36,701 nt of DNA from Thermostichus sp. DRC_bins_24 (lineage in GTDB: Bacteria; Cyanobacteriota; Cyanobacteriia; Thermostichales; Thermostichaceae): positions 1 to 36,701 of the forward strand of contig JAUQVK010000009.1 in the NCBI GenBank assembly GCA_039794845.1. Direction: 5' to 3'. Position numbers and translations under genes: made by a program. Position 1 is the stretch's first letter, and each line of letters opens with the position of its first letter. Shown piece by piece: positions 18,826 to 27,551 of the stretch. The notes beneath the pieces are model-generated. The model searched no databases and was not told where the DNA came from. It saw only the letters and a list, made by a program, of their open reading frames with translations.

Positions 18826-19751
18826 GGTGCGCGATCCCCCCAACCCACCACCCAACCGTAGAGCGCCAAAAACAACACCAAAATCCCCATCAACAGCACC
18901 GACAAAGCCGCCCCATAGCCCACATCAAAAAACGTCAGACCCACCTTGAAAATGTGGTAGCTGATCACCTCGGTAGCCCGCCCCGGCCCCCCGCCCGTAA
19001 TCACCAACACCGAGTCAAAGATCTTAAACAGCTCCATGGCTCGCAACAGCAAGGCAATCACCAACACCGGCCTCAGCAGCGGCAGGGAAATGTAGCGAAA
19101 GCCCTGCCAGCCGTTTGCCCCATCCAATTGGGCGGCCTGGAGCAGCTCGGGAGGTTGGCTCTGTAGACCCGCAAAAAAGGTAATCGCCAGCAGAGGTGTC
19201 CATTGCCAGATATCCACCCAAATCAAGGCCCAAAGGGCTGTGTGGGCTTCTCCGATTAAGCCGCGCCCCAACGGGATCCCTAGCCCCCCCAGCAGTTGCG
19301 ATACCAGGCCAAAATCCGGGTTGTAGAGGGCTCGCCACACCAACGCCACCACCACCGGTGCCAATGCCATTGGGGTTAGCAACAAAGCCCGCACCCAGCC
19401 CATGCCCGGCAACCGTTGATCCAGCAACCAGGCAATGCCCAACCCCAAAATCAGCTCAATTCCCGACGCAACACCCACAAACAGCAGCGTGTTCATAAGG
19501 GATCCCTGCACCTGCGGGTCTTGCAAAGCCTGAACATAGTTCTGTAGGCCGACAAAGACTTGGGTGCCGTTGGGATCCGTAAGGCGGTAACGGAACAGCG
19601 AAAGATAGAAGGCGTAAGCGATGGGGTAGAAGGCAAAAGCCAGCAAAAACGCTAATGCAGGCAGAGTCCAAAACAGGAGCCCCCAGCGCTTCAGGGGAGG
19701 CACTGTCAAGCGCTCCCTCAACCTTTGCTGCCCCCGGATCGGATGGTTCAT
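18822..19751 (-). CDS. Carbohydrate ABC transporter permease (MalF/UgpA-like)
   Basis: FVGLQNY, DIWQWTP, AAQLDGANGWQGFRYISLPLL, FKIFD..VITGGGPG.ATE. Confidence 0.92.
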   Translation of the reverse strand: MNHPIRGQQRLRERLTVPPLKRWGLLFWTLPALAFLLAFAFYPIAYAFYLSLFRYRLTDPNGTQVFVGLQNYVQALQDPQVQGSLMNTLLFVGVASGIELILGLGIAWLLDQRLPGMGWVRALLLTPMALAPVVVALVWRALYNPDFGLVSQLLGGLGIPLGRGLIGEAHTALWALIWVDIWQWTPLLAITFFAGLQSQPPELLQAAQLDGANGWQGFRYISLPLLRPVLVIALLLRAMELFKIFDSVLVITGGGPGRATEVISYHIFKVGLTFFDVGYGAALSVLLMGILVLFLALYGWVVGWGDRAP

Positions 19752-19801
19752 CCAGGTTCTATCCTGTCATTCCCGTCAGGATACTGTGGGTCTATCCCCC
19801 T

Positions 19802-20227
19802 TCAGGACTGCTCCAACAATGACCGTAAAGTGCTGAGATATTCGTTGATGTTGCGCCGGTTGCCGCCAAAGTCGTACTCCCCGACACGGCCCACAGAGGT
19901 GATCTCCAGGCGAGTTTGTTGGGGATCCCCTTCCACCAGCGATAAAGTTACCGTCAGATCATCCACAAATTTGAAAAAGTTGGTGCGAGAAATCCCTTTC
20001 ACCTGTAGGGCTTGAGCATCTACGGATCCCAGTTCCCCCCGTTTCCACACCTGAAAGGCCTGTTCAGCCGCCTTCAGTACCCGCTCCGGGCTGGCGGAGA
20101 GCACCACTTCCTGCTGAGCGCGATTGAGGGGGGATCCGCCCAAGGTGGCCGCCTGCACAGCAGGGATCCCGCCCACAAGGGCAAAGAGCAGCAGCGCCAA
20201 CAACACCAAAGATTTCCAAAAAGACAT
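19802..20227 (-). CDS. DUF1499-like exported protein
   Basis: Signal peptide (…PAVQA), FKFVDDLTV and S.GRVGEYDFGGNRRNI motifs. Confidence 0.7.
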   Translation of the reverse strand: MSFWKSLVLLALLLFALVGGIPAVQAATLGGSPLNRAQQEVVLSASPERVLKAAEQAFQVWKRGELGSVDAQALQVKGISRTNFFKFVDDLTVTLSLVEGDPQQTRLEITSVGRVGEYDFGGNRRNINEYLSTLRSLLEQS

Positions 20228-20482
20228 GAGAGCAGGGGGTGAAGTTTACACCTTTTATTATCTCCTCATATTCCCTCATCCTGGGGTCAGGAAGCTTCTT
20301 CATGGCCCTTGGCAGCCACGTCAACGGCAGTTGATCGGTTGTGCCCCAGCTGCACCTGGGCTTGAATGAACCCAGCAACAGCCAAGAGGCTTTAGAAGGT
20401 CTAAAAGTTCTGCCCTCTCTTTCAGCGCCTTCACTAGCATACAGGCAGGGTATCCGAAGCTATTGAGTGAGAATTTTGTCTG

Positions 20483-22207
20483 ATGAGTGAAGCCATCCGC
20501 TACGACCTGCTGCTGGTGGGGGGGAGCTCCTCCAATTTGGTTCTGGCCCATCGCCTTCTGGATTTGGCCAAGCTATCCGGCCTCAAGCTCTCCATCGCCA
20601 TTTTGGAGAAAGCGCCCCAATTTGGCGGGCACATCGTCAGCGGCGCCATCTGCAACCCCCAGGTGATCGCCAAACTCTTCCCCGATTTCGAAAGCCAAGG
20701 GTTCCCCACCGAGGGGCGGGTGGTAGCCAACCATCTAAGTGTGCTGGGATCCGAACAACGCTGGGATTTACCCGAGGCCGTGATTCCTCAGGGTTTTCGC
20801 AAACAGGGGCAGGTGATTCTCACCCTCAGCCATGGGATCCGCTGGCTGGCCGAGCAGCTACGGGAAAAAGCCAAAGGGATCCCGAACATCACCCTCGATT
20901 TGTTTCCTGGCTTTGCGGCCCACGAGATTCTTTACGATGGGGAACGGGTGATTGGGGTGCGGGCCAGCGATTCTGGCCAAGTGTATGAAGACTGCATCTT
21001 CGCAGATCTCACCTGCTTCGGCGACAAAGGCTTCATTTCCAAAGACCTGATCGAGAAATTTCAACTGCGCCCCAACCCGCAGCTGTGGTCGGTCGGAGTC
21101 AAAGAAGTCTGGCAGATTCCCGAATCTTTGCAGGGGCAAGTGTGGCATACCCTGGGCTACCCGATTTTGGATGGCAGCTTTAGCGGGGGCTTTGTCTATG
21201 GCCTTAAAGAGAACCGCTTGGCCCTCGGTTTGATCATCGGCCTCGACAGCAAAAACCCCAATCTCAACCCACAGCAACGCCTGCAGGAGTTCAAAAGCCA
21301 TCCGTGGATTCAATCCCTGATTGCGGGGGGCAAACTCCTTAAGTATGGAGCTGCGGTGATTCCCGAAGGAGGCTACTACAGCCTGCCCACCCGATTTGGG
21401 GTGGAAGGAGCCCTGTTGTTGGGGGATGCCCTCGGCGTGTTGGATGTGGGTAGCTTAGCGGGGGTGGATAAGGCCATGGAAACCGGCTACGTGGCGGCGG
21501 GCCTGATTCACGATGGCTTTTTGAAAGGGGATCTGCACATTCAAGCGGACTACCAAAAAGAAGTGATGCAAAGCTCGGTTGGCCAAGATCTGTACCGCAG
21601 CCGCTATTTCCGCGAGGCTTTCCTGGAAAACTCCCGCCTGTTGGAGGAGTATTTGCCCAAGGTGTGCAGCAGTGTTGACGCCGGTCACCCTTGGCTGGGA
21701 TCCCTGCAGTTTGGGCTGCAAGACCCCATCCGCCGGGGGCGAGAAACCCTACGCGCCTACACCCTCCTTACCGGACGAGTCAGCCCCAGCGCCCCTGCAC
21801 CTCAGGGATATATCGCGCCCCATGCCGCCATTCAGGCGGATTTTGTTGCCCCGGCTGCCTTTGCCAGCAGGCAGCCGGAATCTGGGGTAGGGTATTTCTC
21901 CCGCCCGGATGCGGTGTTTTTTGCGGAGCCCCGCTACCACGAAGGCAACCACCACATCCTCGAGTTCAGTGCCGAAACCTGTCGCCAGTGCATCGCCACC
22001 TACGACAAGCTCAATCGCCCTACCCCCTGCATTTCCGACTGCACGGCAGAGGTTCATCATATCCAAGAGCATCAGGGGATCCGTTCCCACGCCATGTCTT
22101 TGGAAAACTGCATTCAGTGCCGCACCTGCGAAATTGTCTGTCCCCAACTCAATTTACGAGTTAACCCCAGCTACGAGGGATCCGGGCCAGATTTCTTCGG
22201 GCTGTGA
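20483..22207 (+). CDS. Electron transfer flavoprotein:quinone oxidoreductase-like protein (FixC domain fused to a FixX-like ferredoxin)
   Basis: LEK...GGHIVSGA, LFPGFAAHEILY, VGVKEVW, HTLGYP, GGFVY, YGAAVIPEGGYYSLP, LLGDA, GVDKAMETG. The C-terminus carries CRQC, CISDC and CIQCRTCEIVCP. Confidence 0.85.
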   Translation: MSEAIRYDLLLVGGSSSNLVLAHRLLDLAKLSGLKLSIAILEKAPQFGGHIVSGAICNPQVIAKLFPDFESQGFPTEGRVVANHLSVLGSEQRWDLPEAVIPQGFRKQGQVILTLSHGIRWLAEQLREKAKGIPNITLDLFPGFAAHEILYDGERVIGVRASDSGQVYEDCIFADLTCFGDKGFISKDLIEKFQLRPNPQLWSVGVKEVWQIPESLQGQVWHTLGYPILDGSFSGGFVYGLKENRLALGLIIGLDSKNPNLNPQQRLQEFKSHPWIQSLIAGGKLLKYGAAVIPEGGYYSLPTRFGVEGALLLGDALGVLDVGSLAGVDKAMETGYVAAGLIHDGFLKGDLHIQADYQKEVMQSSVGQDLYRSRYFREAFLENSRLLEEYLPKVCSSVDAGHPWLGSLQFGLQDPIRRGRETLRAYTLLTGRVSPSAPAPQGYIAPHAAIQADFVAPAAFASRQPESGVGYFSRPDAVFFAEPRYHEGNHHILEFSAETCRQCIATYDKLNRPTPCISDCTAEVHHIQEHQGIRSHAMSLENCIQCRTCEIVCPQLNLRVNPSYEGSGPDFFGL

Positions 22208-22259
22208 CGGTCAAATCCCTAAGTGTTCAGATGGGTGTTCGGATCTCAAGCCTGTCAGC

Positions 22260-22458
22260 TTACCTCGCAGGAGCCCCGCGCTCTACCTGTAAGGTGTTGC
22301 GTCTGGCGGTATCCAGAATCTGGTTGCAAGCATCGGCAAACCCGTCTAGAGTACGGTCAATTTCTGGCCGCAACTCTGGAGGGACTACCAACTTGCAACG
22401 TACGGATATGGCCTGGCTCATGGAGCTGTTGTAGCTCGTCCAGACTTTGAGCAGCAAA
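22260..22458 (-). pseudogene. tnpB: Truncated tnpB (IS200/IS605 OrfB) 5' fragment with upstream left-end/promoter sequence
   Basis: From ATG 22421: MSQAISVRCKLVVPPELRPEIDRTLDGFADACNQIL, a typical TnpB N-terminal segment. Similarity is lost after about 42 codons and a stop follows at 22260. Confidence 0.7.
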
Positions 22459-22498
22459 CTGAAAATCTGATGACACCCTTTGATTGTCCCTGGTCTCC

Positions 22499-23092
22499 AT
22501 GCCCCATCCCCTGATTTTGGCCAGCAGTAGTCCCGGCAAATTGCGGGAGTTCCGTGCCTTTTTTCAGCCCTGGGCTGCGGTGTGGGAGTTGCGCCTCAAG
22601 CCGGCGGAGCTGGAGGTGGAGGAAACTGGGGCCACCTTTGCCGAAAATGCCCTTCTGAAGGCGATCACTGTGGCCACTGCCCTAAAGGAATGGACCATTG
22701 CCGATGACTCTGGTCTGGCGGTAGCAGCTTTGCACGGCGCTCCCGGGATCCACTCAGCTCGTTATGCGCCTACGGATGCGGCCCGGATCGAGCGGTTGCT
22801 CAGGGAACTGGACGGGATCCCGGATCGAGCGGCAACCTTTCACTGTGCGGTAGCGCTAGTGGATCCCCAGGGGCAGGTGCGCGCTCTGGCGGAGGGGGTG
22901 TGCCAGGGAGAGATCTTAACCCAGCCGCAGGGGCAGGGGGGCTTTGGGTACGATCCGCTGTTTTGGGTGCCCGAACTAGGGCTGACCTTTGCCGAAATGA
23001 GCTCCGCCCAAAAGGAGGCCATCGGCCATCGAGGCCGGGCTCTACGGGCCTTGAAAGAGCAGTTGCTTATTTTGGGAACCAGTCTGGGCTAG
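22499..23092 (+). CDS. rdgB: Non-canonical purine NTP pyrophosphatase (RdgB/HAM1)
   Basis: GKLREF, EETGATFAENALLKA, ADDSGL, APGIHSARY, GFGYDPLF, K.AIGHRGRAL. Confidence 0.93.
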   Translation: MPHPLILASSSPGKLREFRAFFQPWAAVWELRLKPAELEVEETGATFAENALLKAITVATALKEWTIADDSGLAVAALHGAPGIHSARYAPTDAARIERLLRELDGIPDRAATFHCAVALVDPQGQVRALAEGVCQGEILTQPQGQGGFGYDPLFWVPELGLTFAEMSSAQKEAIGHRGRALRALKEQLLILGTSLG

Positions 23093-23223
23093 CTTGGAGG
23101 CAGGGGCTTTGCGGAACCATCGGCAAAAGCCGCTACAATACAGCGGAAAAAGTCCTTAAAGATCTGCCCTCAAAACCTCAGAATTGACCAGTAGATGCCA
23201 GTCTTGCGTTGGGAGCTGAAAGG

Positions 23224-24357
23224 ATGACCTTTTCCGGGGATCAAGATCCCACTCAGGCTTCAGATCGTTCTGGGGCCGAGGGAGCAGCGCGCTCCTCTGC
23301 TTCTGCTCCGGGTGAAGTTCCCGGCATCCAAGAAGGCCGTCGTTCTCCACCCCCCTTGCCCGAAGAAGGGTCAGTCCGCTCCAACAGGTCTGAGGGGGCT
23401 GGCCGGGCCGATAATCTGCCCGATCCAGATCGCACCGGCGAAACGGAGTCCTATTCTCCTCGCTCTACCCGCTCCAGCCGAGATCTGCGTGAGTCGGGAG
23501 CTAGCCCAGCACGAGAAGCCTCTGTGGGGGGATCTTCTTCTCGCTCGAGCCCTGGCCGCTCCGCGCAGACCTTGGTTCCCCGCCGCCCTACCTCCGGCAG
23601 CCGGAGTTACGAGGGATCCTCTCGGTTTGCCTACACCAGTTCCTATCGCGGAGCATCCGGCTACCGCCGGGACTACAGCCGCTCCGGTGGCTATACCTCT
23701 GGCTATGTCGGGGGTGGGGGATCCGGTATGGGCGGAGGATCCGGCAGTTCTCGGGGAGGATTGACCCCCTCCAGCCTGACGGTGGTGGCCTTGGTGGCTT
23801 TGTTGGCTTTCTTTGGGGGGTTCGCCATCCGCAATATCTTTGCAGAGAGTGGCGGCTTTGATGATGAGCGCCCGATTCGTGCCGCCAATGTGCCAGAAGC
23901 CTTCCGGGACTTTTGCTTTGCCTACAACGGCACGGCCTCTTTTACGGTGGTGGAACTGACCACTGTTTCTGCTCTAACCATGGCCTCGGTGCCCATTTAC
24001 AGAATGGATACCTGCACCATTCCTGTCAGCCAAACCGCCAACGCCCTGCAAGCCCTCGGCATTCGAGGTCGGGCAGGCACCCTAGGGCCGCAACTGGGGG
24101 GATCCAATCTCACCTTGATTCAGATCCCGCTGGCCAGCGGCTTGGCGCGTGCCGTCTTCAATCAGTTCCCCACTTTGGCCAATCAAGGCAACGAAGCACA
24201 AGTGCTCTCGCAACTGGAAACGACGATCAACAATGCCCTCCGCTCCAATGTGGAGGGACTGGCCCTGCAGAGCTTGGAGCCAACCAATATCCCAGATGTG
24301 TATGTGATGATACCGGGGCACTCCTTTAATTTGCAGCCCCAACTTAACCTGCGCTAA
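23224..24357 (+). CDS. Hypothetical membrane-anchored protein: long disordered Ser/Arg/Gly/Tyr-rich N-terminus, one TM helix, C-terminal domain
   Basis: Long ORF that fills the gap between rdgB and tmk. TM segment LTVVALVALLAFFGGFAI. The C-terminal domain has two Cys and a weak resemblance to DUF3172. Confidence 0.7.
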   Translation: MTFSGDQDPTQASDRSGAEGAARSSASAPGEVPGIQEGRRSPPPLPEEGSVRSNRSEGAGRADNLPDPDRTGETESYSPRSTRSSRDLRESGASPAREASVGGSSSRSSPGRSAQTLVPRRPTSGSRSYEGSSRFAYTSSYRGASGYRRDYSRSGGYTSGYVGGGGSGMGGGSGSSRGGLTPSSLTVVALVALLAFFGGFAIRNIFAESGGFDDERPIRAANVPEAFRDFCFAYNGTASFTVVELTTVSALTMASVPIYRMDTCTIPVSQTANALQALGIRGRAGTLGPQLGGSNLTLIQIPLASGLARAVFNQFPTLANQGNEAQVLSQLETTINNALRSNVEGLALQSLEPTNIPDVYVMIPGHSFNLQPQLNLR

Positions 24358-24373
24358 CCCCACCCCATCCAGA

Positions 24374-25009
24374 ATGGCCGGTGTGTTCATCACCCTAGAA
24401 GGGGGGGAGGGGGCGGGCAAAACCACCCAGCAGGCCCTTTTGGCGGAGCGGCTGCAGAAAGCAGGGTACACCTGTCTGTGTACCCGCGAGCCGGGGGGTA
24501 CGGCTTTGGGTCAGGGGTTACGGGCTTTGTTGTTACACGGGGAGCCGGTTTCTCCGCTGGCGGAGTTGCTCTTGTACGCGGCGGATCGGGCCGAGCATGT
24601 GCAAACCCGCATTCGTCCCGCCTTGGCCGCAGGGCAGGTGGTGATTTGCGATCGCTTCACGGATTCCACCTTGGCCTACCAGGGCTACGGGCGAGGCCTC
24701 GATTTGGACGCAATTCGGCAGTTGAACCGGCTGGCTACAGATGGCTTGAGGCCGGATCTCACCCTTTGGCTGGATCTCCCCCCCGAGTTGGGCCTGGCGC
24801 GGGCCCGTTCCCGACAAACTCAGCAGGCCCAGACCCTCGACCGCATGGAGCAGGCGCAATGGGCGTTTCACCAACGGCTGTACCAGGGCTTTCAAACCTT
24901 GGCAACCGCAGAACCGGAGCGGATCCGGCGTATAAATGCCCGGGGATCCCCACAGGCGGTGGCGGAACGGATCTGGCAGGTGGTGAGTGCCTACTTGCCC
25001 CAAACCTAA
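24374..25009 (+). CDS. tmk: Thymidylate kinase
   Basis: FITLEGGEGAGKTTQ, TREPGGT, ELLLYAADRAEH, CDRFTDSTLAYQGYGRG, PDLTLWLD. Confidence 0.96.
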   Translation: MAGVFITLEGGEGAGKTTQQALLAERLQKAGYTCLCTREPGGTALGQGLRALLLHGEPVSPLAELLLYAADRAEHVQTRIRPALAAGQVVICDRFTDSTLAYQGYGRGLDLDAIRQLNRLATDGLRPDLTLWLDLPPELGLARARSRQTQQAQTLDRMEQAQWAFHQRLYQGFQTLATAEPERIRRINARGSPQAVAERIWQVVSAYLPQT

Positions 25010-25033
25010 ATAGCTAGGGATCCCGGAGTCCAG

Positions 25034-25073
25034 CTTTATCGCGCCTTAACTTCGAGGTTAAAACCAGGTTAAA
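25034..25073. promoter_or_regulatory. Putative SphR (cyanobacterial PhoB) Pho box cluster
   Basis: Minus strand: TTTAACCT-GGT-TTTAACCT (25073-25055, 11-bp period). Plus strand: CTTAACTT at 25045 and a degenerate CTTTATCG 11 bp earlier. These fit PyTTAAPyPy(T/A)-N3 repeats. Confidence 0.6.
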
Positions 25074-25151
25074 GTGGGAGAACTCTTGGACAACCCTGAG
25101 CCTTCAACCCATGAGCCGAGAGTGAACTGAGCTGTGGTGGAGTCCCCCCCT

Positions 25152-26102
25152 ATGAGCGCTGTCGCCTCCGAACAGAGGATTTTGCTTTCTCCTCCGCCCC
25201 CACCCACCCTGGGCACCGAAGCCCATCAACTGCTGAGCCTGCAGTGGCAACGGCTGCAGAAACACGTCGGGCGGGTACTGTCCCACCACCCAGAGGCGGC
25301 AGAATCCCTCCACCAAATTCGGGTAGCTTTGCGTCGTATCGGCACCTGGGTGCAAGTCTTTCAAGGCTCTGTCAAGCTGCCGGCTCCCCTTAAAGCCAAG
25401 CGGCTGCAAAAGCTCGCCAGCACTTTGGGCCAGCAGCGGGATCTGGATGTGTTGATCGAGATCCTGCAAGAACCCTGCTGGAACGGGATCCCGGAAGCGC
25501 AACAGGTAGAGTTGAAGCAGCTCATCGAAGATTTAGCCCGTCGTCAAGCCAAAGCCCAGGAGCGTTCTCGCCGGGTGTTGAAGGAGCCCGCCTTTTCGGA
25601 GTTTCAAGCCGCCTGCGAACAGTGGTTGAGCGGCCCCCGCTACACCTCCCAAGCGCAGCTCCCCCTAAAGGAAAGCCTGCCCCATCTACTCACCCCGCTG
25701 CTGGCCGAGTGGCTGTTACAACCCGGCTGGCACATTCCCGCTTTTCCCAACAGGGAATCCCAGGCCAAACAACTGCATCGGCTGCGCAAGGCCACCAAAC
25801 GGCTGCGCTATCAGGTGGAGTTTTTCTCAGCCTTTTATGGAGAAGCGCTACAGGATTGGCTAGAAGCCCTGAAGCACCTACAACACCAACTGGGCCGCTT
25901 CAACGATCTGCAGGTTTTGCGGGCGCAACTGCCCCCCGATTCCGGCCTGCAAAGCCATTTACAAGACCAACAAAGACTGGCCCTCCACGACTGGCCCCAA
26001 CAACAGCACCGTTATCTCAGTCCAGATGAGCAGCGGCAGCTGTATCAAAGGCTTCTCACCCCCACTCTGACAGAATCAACCAACCCTGAAGTCTCGATGT
26101 AG
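25152..26102 (+). CDS. CHAD-domain protein (polyphosphate-binding family)
   Basis: ESLHQIRVALRR, LGQQRDLDVL, LHRLRKATKRLRYQVEFF, LQHQLGRFNDLQV: duplicated CHAD motifs. Confidence 0.9.
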   Translation: MSAVASEQRILLSPPPPPTLGTEAHQLLSLQWQRLQKHVGRVLSHHPEAAESLHQIRVALRRIGTWVQVFQGSVKLPAPLKAKRLQKLASTLGQQRDLDVLIEILQEPCWNGIPEAQQVELKQLIEDLARRQAKAQERSRRVLKEPAFSEFQAACEQWLSGPRYTSQAQLPLKESLPHLLTPLLAEWLLQPGWHIPAFPNRESQAKQLHRLRKATKRLRYQVEFFSAFYGEALQDWLEALKHLQHQLGRFNDLQVLRAQLPPDSGLQSHLQDQQRLALHDWPQQQHRYLSPDEQRQLYQRLLTPTLTESTNPEVSM

Positions 26103-26259
26103 CAAGCTAGACAGCAGGGATCCAAGCATTTGTGCTGAAGTCCATAAAGACTGGAGAATACCCCTAAAGCCCGGAACCTTGTGGGCGGGTTGTTGGCAAC
26201 CAAACATGGGGATGAATCGGGATCCCTGGCACTTACAAGCGCTGAATTTGGGAAACGTC

Positions 26260-27324
26260 ATGAAAAAGTGGATTGCCTCCGTCACGACGCTGCTCTGCTG
26301 CTTGCTGACCTTGACCACCTTTTGGCCTCGGGCAACCTCTGCCCAAGGGCAAACCCTCAACCTCTACATTTGGTCGGAATACATCGACCCCGACATTATT
26401 ACCGCCTTTGAGGAAGAGACCAACAGCCGTGTGGTGGTGAGCCTGTACGAATCGAACGAAGACATGGTGGCCAAACTGCGGGGGGGCGGTGTCAGCCAGT
26501 ACGACATTGTGGTGCCCACAGACTACATCGTGCCCAACATGCTGGAACTGGGTCTTTTGCAACCCCTCAACAAAGACCTCATCCCCAACTTCAGCAACCT
26601 GGGCGAAAAATTTGTCGGTTTGCCCTTTGATCCTGAGAATACCTATACTGCCGCCTACCAATGGGGCACCACCGGCATCGGCTACCGTCGGGATCGCCTG
26701 CCGGAGGATTTTGAGCACTCTTGGGGCTTGATCTTCGACCCAAACCAGCAGTACGGCCCTTTCGTGATGATCGATGACATGCGCTCCATGATCGGGGCCG
26801 CTGCGATCTATCTGGGCTTCGATATGAACACCACCGTTCGCTCAGAACTACAACAGGTACAACAGTTGTTGATCGACACCAAACGCCGTAGCGCCGGATT
26901 GATTGGGGGTGTAGGCGGCAAAAACCAGCTGGTTTCCGGTACCGCCAATGTGGCCATCGTCTACAGCGGAGATGCTCTGCAGGCCGCGGAGGAGAACCCT
27001 GAAATTGGCTACTTTATCCCGAAGGAGGGGGCCAACATTTGGCTGGATACCCTGGCCATTCCGGCCCAAGCTCCAAACCCTGAACTGGCCAACCGCTTCA
27101 TTAACTTCATTCTGGATGCCGAGGTTGGCGCCCAGCTGAGCAACTACAACCGCTTTGCCACCCCCAATGCAGCGGCTCTGCCCGGGATTGATCCAGAAGA
27201 TCTGGAAAACCCCGCCATCTATCCGGACGAAGAGCTTCTGGCCAAGCTCACCTATTCCAGCGTGTTGTCCGGGGAAGAAATGCGCCTGATCGACGCCCTC
27301 TGGACAACTGTGAAAAGCAGCTAG
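26260..27324 (+). CDS. potD: Spermidine/putrescine ABC transporter substrate-binding protein (PotD/PotF family)
   Basis: Signal peptide, LNLYIWSEYIDP, YESNEDM.AKL, YDIVVPTDY, YQWGTTGIGY, YSGDA, IPKEGANIWLD.LAIP. Confidence 0.85.
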   Translation: MKKWIASVTTLLCCLLTLTTFWPRATSAQGQTLNLYIWSEYIDPDIITAFEEETNSRVVVSLYESNEDMVAKLRGGGVSQYDIVVPTDYIVPNMLELGLLQPLNKDLIPNFSNLGEKFVGLPFDPENTYTAAYQWGTTGIGYRRDRLPEDFEHSWGLIFDPNQQYGPFVMIDDMRSMIGAAAIYLGFDMNTTVRSELQQVQQLLIDTKRRSAGLIGGVGGKNQLVSGTANVAIVYSGDALQAAEENPEIGYFIPKEGANIWLDTLAIPAQAPNPELANRFINFILDAEVGAQLSNYNRFATPNAAALPGIDPEDLENPAIYPDEELLAKLTYSSVLSGEEMRLIDALWTTVKSS

Positions 27325-27418
27325 CAGCCTTTTCCGGCCCCCCTTGCCTCCTAGAACGGCGCCCTTTCTGCCTTTCTAAAGTTGTTCACGTACGTCCTGT
27401 CCTAGGGGCCGCCATGGG

Positions 27419-27452
27419 CGAACGTACCGGCGTGGGGCGTAAAGGACTGTAA
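27419..27452. repeat. Short dispersed repeat module shared with 10864-10900
   Basis: CGAACGTACCGGCGTGG-GGCGTAAAGGACTGTA compared with CGAACGCACTAGCGTGCCCTAGGCGTAAAGGGCTGTA. Confidence 0.55.
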
Positions 27453-27538
27453 TTTTGCTGCTCAAAAGCGAAGCGAAATCTGCGGCCTCTCTCGAGCGCA
27501 AGCGCGGTGGATCCCTCGGCACACCCCGCCCACCTCTC

Positions 27539-27544
27539 TACAAT
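27539..27544 (+). promoter_or_regulatory. Possible -10 box (TACAAT) of the 6S RNA gene
   Basis: TACAAT lies 7 nt upstream of ACCGCG, the expected 6S 5' end. Confidence 0.5.
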
Positions 27545-27551
27545 AAGAAAC

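Noticed and set aside
17917..19751. Sugar ABC permease pair lacking ATPase and binding protein (and solitary potD) as a novel system
   Set aside because: Split ABC operons with shared ATPases are routine in cyanobacteria.
20064..20482. Small ORFs or a transposase-like 'LPDPR' between the DUF1499 gene and ETF-QO
   Set aside because: Only a 5-residue resemblance, with no inverted repeats or further motifs.
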